Shown here in pieces: positions 34,801 through 40,363 of a DNA stretch of 40,363 nt; the first letter of the stretch is position 1; every line of letters begins with the position of its first letter. The notes beneath the pieces are model-generated. The model saw only the letters and a list, made by a program, of their open reading frames with translations, searched no databases and had not been told where the DNA came from. Position numbers and translations under genes: made by a program. The stretch covers positions 1 to 40,363 of the IMG/VR virus record IMGVR_UViG_3300032281_000998; one strand, 5' to 3'. This DNA is from a virus (taxonomy: Duplodnaviria; Caudoviricetes).

Positions 34801-37800
34801 GAGTGCAGGAGCGGCCGGCGCTGGCGGCGACAGAACTGCAGGCGCAGACGGCGCTGCAAGACTTGCATCAGATCGTAGGCAATACGCCGGACCAATTACA
34901 AATTGAAGACAATCCAGACGGACTCGACTTGCCGGAGGTTACAATTCTCAATGCCGATTTTGACGGTGTTGAGTTTCAAATAGAACACGAGGCTGGAAGC
35001 AACTCGCTGTATTTGCGGCGTATTGAAGCGCACCAAATGGGACGGGGTGCGGGGACGCGGTTCCTGCAAACCATCAAACAAGTTGCAGAAAAGCACGGGG
35101 TTTCCATTGTCACCGATCCAATGCCAATGGGTGAAACGAGTGAGCGTCGACTCAATGCATGGTATAAGCGTAACGGGTTCTTACCAAATCAGGGGCAGTA
35201 TGTTTACACGCCCAAGCCGGGATTGTATGCTGGGACTGCGCGGATTGCCGAGCCGACGGACTTGACCAGCCCGGACCCGCAGGCGTATTTTGATTTCAGC
35301 AATGTCCCGGTCAGCAAACAACCTGCCGGCGCCGCCGCGGTCCAAGCCGCAGCCCAAGCCAACGACACGCCATACCAAGCCGCTCCGGTATCGGCTGCCG
35401 GTGGAGTGGCTGGGGACGTCGGACTCGCAGACGCCCGCTCACGTCAGGCGGCTGCTTACCGGGCCCTCTTAGGCGGGGACGCGGCGGCGGTCGCCGAGGC
35501 GATCAAGAATGGCGTGCCGCTGTCGCGGCTCATGCTGGGGTATATCTCCCGGGAGTCGGCGTCGTTTAACATCCGCGGCGCCATCATCAAATCGCCCAAG
35601 GACCTGGCCCTCTATAACCTGGCGCACCGGACGCCGTTCTTTGAGAGCTTGAAAATCGCGGTGCTCGATGACCGCGAGCAGGTGATTCACTCGCAGGTGG
35701 TAAGCACGGGGACGCTGAACGAGGCGCTGGCTCATCCCCGAGATTTTGCGGCGATCGTCTTGGCTGCGAAGGAAGCGAATCCGAAAGCCAAGGTGATCGG
35801 CTTCATGATCATGCACAACCATCCGTCGGGCGATCCTTCTCCGAGCGATGCCGACCGGGCTATAACCCGGCGGTTCAGCGAGGTGGGTGACCTGATCGGT
35901 GTTCCCTTGCTGGATCACGTGATCACGAACGGGGAAAGTTATGTGAGCTTCATGTTGGGGGGCATGCTTAGCGTGCCGAAGTCGGTCAAGCTGGCGCGGT
36001 CGGACGCCAGGCCCCGGTTGCCGGTGCTGCCGGCCCCGGAGGGACAAATAGGGCTGGGGCAAATGGCGGCCTTTGAGGCTGTGCCGGCCAGCGACGCCAT
36101 AGGCCTGCGGGTGAGGGACCCAAAGCGTGTGAAGATGGTGCACGAAACGCTGCAAACCGCGGACCCGAACATGATCCACGTAATCAACGTGGACACTCGG
36201 TATGGCATCTTGAGCGTGGTGCGGCATCCGATGGACGTGAAGCCAGCTGATATAATAAAGGCGACAAGTCCGGCGGGCGCCTACGCCATGGTTGTCTCGT
36301 TGCCGGCGATGCCGCAGGACGAGGCCCGGTCTTTGATGCTACGTCTCCAAACTGCCGCGTCCCTCATGCAGATCCATCTGCTCGATGCGGCGATGGTCGG
36401 GATGGACCAATCTTTTAAGCAGCAGAAAATCTTGGAAACTCCCGAGGCGCCTTACGGCTCGGCCGATATTGGCCCGATCTCGAGCGATCCGCTGACTGTG
36501 CCGCCGCAATTTAAGTCGGCGGGGGGCGGGGCCAAGGTGCCGCCCGGGACACCGGCGGGCTCGGCGCCGGCGGCCGGGGTGCCGGATTGGGTGCTGCAAC
36601 CAGGCGAGACAAGCGAGGGCCGCCGGCTGATCAAGGGGATTGAGAATTTCAAGCCGGGCCAACGCTGGGGCTACCGGACGATCGTCGACTTCGTGAACAA
36701 GGCGGTGAATGTGGAGATCCGCTACAGCCGGAGCCAGACGTCGGCGACGCATCCGGCGAATTACAAACCGGCGCACCATATGGGCTTTAGCCGGGACTCG
36801 CAGAGCCAGATCGTCTTTCATGAGGCCGGGCACGGGCTCGAGGAGCTGCTCCGGTCGCAGAGTGCGCTCGGCGGCGCCAAGCTGGATACCTTTGCCACGG
36901 AGCTGATCGGCCTGACGCAACGACCTGGGAGCATGGCGAGCGATCCGCCGGCCTCGGCCTCGGCCGCGGAGAAGAAGGATTACCAGATCGGCGAGGGCAT
37001 TGCGGAGTGGACGCGGCTGCTCATGGTCGATCCGTCGGCGGTGCAGGGGCTGAAGTTTACCGCGGCGGTGGACGCCATGACCGCGGCGGCCTATCCCAAG
37101 CTGGCCAAGGCGCTGCGCGACGGAGCCCGGGCGGTCAATGCGTTCCAGGAAAAGCCGGCGGCGCTGCGCTTGATGATGTTTGACGCGATGCCTAATGCCA
37201 ACCCGTCGGCCAATGAGGTGATCGGCGGGCTGATCCGCATGGGTGAGGGCTTCATCAATTCGCTCTCGAGTGGCAGTCGGATCAGCAAGTTGGACCGGAC
37301 GATCTTCCGGGCGATCCGAAAGCAACGGGATCAGGTGGGCATGACTTACCAGCAGGCTCTGGACCGGTCCCGGCAGGTGCGGGCGAAATACACGGACCCT
37401 CTGCTCCAGGCTTACAACATGATCCTCTCGATCGGCCAGGAGACGCAGTTGGCGATCAGCGGCAAGGGGGCAAGCAAGGGCCTGCGCGTGGTGGGGTCAG
37501 ACGGGAAATTTAATTACTTCACCAGGCAAGCATGGGTGGATCTGCGCAATAAAATCCCGGCCAGCAAGGTGACTGAGTTTGACAATGCGGCCTATGCGCT
37601 CGAGGCGCTGAGCCGGTGGAAGTCTCGCGGGCTGGAATACAAGGGAATGCGCGAGGGACTCACCCCGGACCAGCTCGAGCTCATCGTGGCTCAAGCCAGG
37701 CGGGACATACCGAAATTTGATGAGCTGTTTGCCGAGCAGTCGGCGTGGTTCGACGCGGTGGTGGATCTCAAAGACTTCGGCCGGCTGCTCAAGCCGGGCG

Positions 37801-40190
37801 AGCGGGACAAAATCCTCCTGACCCGGGCCACATATTGGCCGCTGCCGGCGGCGACGACGGCCGGCCGCGGCCGCGGCGGCCGGGGGCGAGGCAACATCAC
37901 GACCGGATTGTTCCGGGCCAAGGGCCATAGCGGACCGACGCGCCAGGTGGATGAAGTGGCCGAGGAGCGGGCGCGGACGGCATTCGAGGCGTATTACTGG
38001 AATCGGTTCGGCCTGATGCTTTACAAGAACATGCTGAAAGTCTCCGCCGATCGCACTCTGCCGATCGAGGCGAGGGCCTTGGCCGGGGCGCAAATGGTGC
38101 AGATGAAGATGCCGCAAGCGGTGGCCGCCACGGTGAGCCGCGAGGAGGTGATCCCGTGGGTGCTCGAGGCGATCAAGGATCAAATGGAGGCGGCGCTGGG
38201 CTTCCGGCCGGAGCTCAAAGCGGACGACATTAACTTGTCTTGGAATTTCAAGGACGTCTGGCGGCCGACCAAGCCGGGCGACATTAACGTGGTCAGTCTG
38301 CTCGTCGATGGGGAGCGGCGCTATTTCCAGCTCGGCGATCCGGCGGTCTTCGGGATGTTCTCCAACCCGCAGGTGGCCAGCAAGTGGGCGCGATTTATGT
38401 CCTGGGCGCTGGGCCCGATGACGCAAAACTGGAAACGTAACATCACGCAAGGGCCGGTCTTTGCCATCCGCAACTTGTTCCGGGATATTTTCTCGCAAAC
38501 CGTGCTCAACCCGGACCCCATTGCTTGGATTCCCGGGGGCACGCACGTCCTGGGCACGATCAATAAATTCACCAAGAAATACCCGCAGGTATTCCAAGAG
38601 GGATTACTGCTGAGCCGGGTGCAGCCGACCGAGGCGGAGCTGGTCAAGTCGATCCAGCATGGTGCGATCTGGCAATGGTTCAGCGAGGGTTGGTATACGA
38701 GCCAGGCCAAGGACCCGGTGACCAAGCTGCTGGCCACGGTGCTGCAGCCGAGTAATCTGCTGTTCCCGTTCTGGAAAGCGGCTGACCTATTCAATCTAAT
38801 CGCCCCGGGCGCGGCGGCCGGCGCCTTGGTCGGCGGCCCGGTGGGCGGCGTCGTGGGCGCCGTGGTCGGCCCGGCCATTGGCTTTACCGGTCAAGGCATG
38901 GCCGCGTTCTTTGAGACGGCCGGTCGAGAAGGCGCCGCCGTCTCGGTGCTGCGGCGCGGGGGGACCGATGAGGAGGCGCTGCTCAAGTATTGGACGGCCG
39001 CGGGACAATTTAACGAGCACGCCGGCGTGGCCGATGCCCGCGTGGTCATGGGCATCCCGGGCTTTCTGAATCCAATGTTCCAAGGCACGCGCAACGCGCT
39101 GCAGAAACTGAGCGACCCCGACCCCAAGGTGCGCGGCACGGCCTGGACGCGGATGATGGTCATGATTCCGTTGGTCTTCACGACCGCGGCCGTCGCCGCC
39201 TATCTATCGATGCAACGCAAAGACCGCGACCGGGAGCGGCAACGGCCGATCGAGGACCGGATGAACTTCATGGATCTCAACGGCTTTGCCATTCCTTTCC
39301 CGTATGGCCCGGAAGGAGTCATGGCTACCGTCGTTTACAACGCGGTCATGGATGATCTGTTGGGCCGGCCAATGAAAGACGCGGAGAAGACGTCTCTCAT
39401 GCTAATCAAACGAGTGTTTGACCTGGGCTCGCCGCTGCAATTTCTCGGGCCGCAGTTTGCTGCGATCAACGAGGCCAACATGAACTGGTCGAATTTCCGC
39501 CAACGCCCAATCGTCTCGCCGTGGATGGCCAAACTCTCGGCCAGCGATCAATACTACTCCACGACCCCGGAGTTTTATCAAAAGCTCGGGGAGATGTTCA
39601 ACTACTCCCCGGCCAAGCTGCAATACATCATGCAGCAAGCAATTTCCCGCCAGGCCGATGAGATGGTGCGACTGATGGAATCCATCGACGGCGGCCGCCC
39701 AATACAAGAGTCGGCCGATGTGCCGTTTGTCGGGCGGTTGTTTGTCCGAGATCCGATCGGCTTCGGCAGCCAGGCGGTGCGGGACGCCGACGCGATCGAG
39801 AGCCGCCTGCAGCTGCTCAGCACCAGGCTGCAGGCCAAAGGCTACGGCAGGCTGGGTTTGTTCGACCAAGACGGCAATCCAGAATACCCGGCCGACCGGC
39901 TGAGCCCGGATCTGCAAAAGCTGCAGATCCAGCTGCAATACCTGCAAGGGCTTCGCAAAGGCCTGCGCACCATGGAAGAAGTGCAGGCGCTGGCCAAGGC
40001 GTATGCCACAGCTGAGCAATGGAGCGAGGAACGGAACGCACGCACCATGATGACGGACCTGACGCAAAGCCTGCTCATGGGCAACCGGGACCGCATTAAA
40101 ACAATCGACCAGGCCCTCGAGCTGCTAAAGAAAATCGCGCCGGCCTCGCCAAAACAGCAGGCCGCGGACTATTTGGAGCGGCGCTTCTAA
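31797..40190 (+). CDS. Large polyvalent ejection protein (GNAT-like, RadC/JAB, zincin, LPD38-like)
   Basis: 2797 aa. GNAT-like segment (QMGRGAGTRFL...WYKRNGF), JAB motif HNHPSGDPSPSDAD, HEAGH with downstream EGIAE, hydrophobic Gly/Ala segments, and an LPD38-like C-terminus. Confidence 0.85.
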   Translation: MSKQSASALLAGLVAELDPAAEDRRQMELGRAASWSQEPVGDVSQDIAPEAPAVVPNELIRAADAAFLQEPYTEPALPDEDLPPVQRQSASALLAGLKVEAPAKQPRASASALLAELQVATPAPEAKPLNISFGGPEASLAAAVRGEPKKPVTTPEAADGSDVTFDAKGPAFQFTGTLVMDPSSGAEQGLDGMVPVAPRGPMAAAVGQAEPVLNRRPRLVPSAGGQIVFDQSTPERFTQGVEEAFAAGILPQSNYEKIKAAEAQIFKVVDDRRKLEEKAQADPKLLAVLQGLGRGGAMTAGAVAGAKAFATAGSMAAAATGVGVTTVPVVAAVTGTAGAIVGGVGAGLAYDALYRQLGQHFEEYDNVMKSAELYPMHKAGGELAMAGLAIGTSVPQAVRGLQTAYQAGGLPQVARTAGAAGGLGAGTGVVAYPIDAVVRGEEMTPGGFATAAGTGALSGGFFINNRMARTPEVMRIFAKADAGSKLTAAEETIYRAAYGPLQAAVRRGQVDGQRLVDGRVEVPTTSVAGMMPAAGRARVQARYESPMRLPEGALQAARDYASRPRPVATPPPAATTAAPTVPRQAPVNVIPPGETIIPPPPMTPAMMTPDAFADAMATERGLDMDFNPEATEQLFGEHFRIVREAINNNQPVNAAALELYEMQVPYYVTDETTGLSQFDQASFDAWQGYVSGRGEEVKQDAAEAGAVELLAAIRELGGLPAPKSGGKRAVWKGELQSLYETSRGARDLGIKGAMGLFRKDAPDVDYLVIGLREKGFRVETEADLFELLDNRLRNGRDVFAYPTMAADQFAPVGGRMGRRAPRPAPGQMDLLGERDVEFTLAGQTDRSSLTPEEMAMAQRTAEEKAQAEALQGDLFGEKRGSRRATKDLLGREISPDQLAFNEQFLLSGVVDPALTSTYATDFPDMAANFAEQEQAIGGPNFGQSGLGVVRVYSRQGARESTVNEFQLPAGAQPVAEFTPAQVRAGEHLKWFAQRRTAEPSPRVQERPALAATELQAQTALQDLHQIVGNTPDQLQIEDNPDGLDLPEVTILNADFDGVEFQIEHEAGSNSLYLRRIEAHQMGRGAGTRFLQTIKQVAEKHGVSIVTDPMPMGETSERRLNAWYKRNGFLPNQGQYVYTPKPGLYAGTARIAEPTDLTSPDPQAYFDFSNVPVSKQPAGAAAVQAAAQANDTPYQAAPVSAAGGVAGDVGLADARSRQAAAYRALLGGDAAAVAEAIKNGVPLSRLMLGYISRESASFNIRGAIIKSPKDLALYNLAHRTPFFESLKIAVLDDREQVIHSQVVSTGTLNEALAHPRDFAAIVLAAKEANPKAKVIGFMIMHNHPSGDPSPSDADRAITRRFSEVGDLIGVPLLDHVITNGESYVSFMLGGMLSVPKSVKLARSDARPRLPVLPAPEGQIGLGQMAAFEAVPASDAIGLRVRDPKRVKMVHETLQTADPNMIHVINVDTRYGILSVVRHPMDVKPADIIKATSPAGAYAMVVSLPAMPQDEARSLMLRLQTAASLMQIHLLDAAMVGMDQSFKQQKILETPEAPYGSADIGPISSDPLTVPPQFKSAGGGAKVPPGTPAGSAPAAGVPDWVLQPGETSEGRRLIKGIENFKPGQRWGYRTIVDFVNKAVNVEIRYSRSQTSATHPANYKPAHHMGFSRDSQSQIVFHEAGHGLEELLRSQSALGGAKLDTFATELIGLTQRPGSMASDPPASASAAEKKDYQIGEGIAEWTRLLMVDPSAVQGLKFTAAVDAMTAAAYPKLAKALRDGARAVNAFQEKPAALRLMMFDAMPNANPSANEVIGGLIRMGEGFINSLSSGSRISKLDRTIFRAIRKQRDQVGMTYQQALDRSRQVRAKYTDPLLQAYNMILSIGQETQLAISGKGASKGLRVVGSDGKFNYFTRQAWVDLRNKIPASKVTEFDNAAYALEALSRWKSRGLEYKGMREGLTPDQLELIVAQARRDIPKFDELFAEQSAWFDAVVDLKDFGRLLKPGERDKILLTRATYWPLPAATTAGRGRGGRGRGNITTGLFRAKGHSGPTRQVDEVAEERARTAFEAYYWNRFGLMLYKNMLKVSADRTLPIEARALAGAQMVQMKMPQAVAATVSREEVIPWVLEAIKDQMEAALGFRPELKADDINLSWNFKDVWRPTKPGDINVVSLLVDGERRYFQLGDPAVFGMFSNPQVASKWARFMSWALGPMTQNWKRNITQGPVFAIRNLFRDIFSQTVLNPDPIAWIPGGTHVLGTINKFTKKYPQVFQEGLLLSRVQPTEAELVKSIQHGAIWQWFSEGWYTSQAKDPVTKLLATVLQPSNLLFPFWKAADLFNLIAPGAAAGALVGGPVGGVVGAVVGPAIGFTGQGMAAFFETAGREGAAVSVLRRGGTDEEALLKYWTAAGQFNEHAGVADARVVMGIPGFLNPMFQGTRNALQKLSDPDPKVRGTAWTRMMVMIPLVFTTAAVAAYLSMQRKDRDRERQRPIEDRMNFMDLNGFAIPFPYGPEGVMATVVYNAVMDDLLGRPMKDAEKTSLMLIKRVFDLGSPLQFLGPQFAAINEANMNWSNFRQRPIVSPWMAKLSASDQYYSTTPEFYQKLGEMFNYSPAKLQYIMQQAISRQADEMVRLMESIDGGRPIQESADVPFVGRLFVRDPIGFGSQAVRDADAIESRLQLLSTRLQAKGYGRLGLFDQDGNPEYPADRLSPDLQKLQIQLQYLQGLRKGLRTMEEVQALAKAYATAEQWSEERNARTMMTDLTQSLLMGNRDRIKTIDQALELLKKIAPASPKQQAADYLERRF

Positions 40191-40212
40191 GTGGCCCGAT
40201 ACGTGGCCCAAG
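40189..40212 (+). repeat. Tandem 12-bp integrase arm-type sites (left arm)
   Basis: AAGTGGCCCGAT ACGTGGCCCAAG; same consensus as 152-175. Confidence 0.7.
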
Positions 40213-40240
40213 TCAAAATCCGTCAGAGAAAATCGACGCG

Positions 40241-40363
40241 TCCGTAGTCAGATGCTCTATCCAATTGAGCTATGGCCGCTTTTCTTCTTGTAAGAAGCCG
40301 GTTTGGTGGCCCGGCTTCTGTTCTTTCTTCTGATTTTTGACTCAGAAAATTCTTGCAAGATAA
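40241..40363. repeat. 123-bp terminal direct repeat (right copy)
   Basis: Identical to 1-123. Confidence 0.97.

Noticed and set aside
40200-40279. Complete phage-encoded tRNA-Arg
   Set aside because: No 3' anticodon stem, T arm (GTTC) or acceptor 3' strand follows the loop.

Overview
The window is a complete, circularly closed temperate phage genome of about 40,240 bp; bases 1-123 are repeated at 40241-40363. It is GC-rich and has podovirus-like structural genes, with no tape measure, sheath or polymerase recognised. Gene order: attP, tyrosine integrase and lipoprotein; a repeat-rich convergent spacer; a leftward early/accessory operon; a switch of two divergent ribbon-helix-helix (RHH) genes; xis and a terS candidate; replication initiator with iterons and DnaB; two glycosyltransferases; terL; a repeat-flanked phosphoesterase/wHTH/GNAT cassette; scaffold, capsid, portal, adaptor and a low-GC receptor-binding gene; lysis genes; tail; ejection proteins; and a 2797-aa polyvalent protein. 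The most unusual signals are: (i) attP carries the 5' half of tRNA-Arg(ACG), not the usual 3' half, and is flanked by arm-type repeats; (ii) the lysogeny switch is RHH/RHH with TCTTGCAAGA operators, and an apparently leaderless promoter architecture is copied in front of both the putative repressor and the integrase; (iii) there are repeated non-coding motifs in the early operon and convergent spacer; (iv) the three-gene cassette is flanked by a duplicated late-promoter-like sequence. All protein calls come from motif recognition by eye; no database searches were run.
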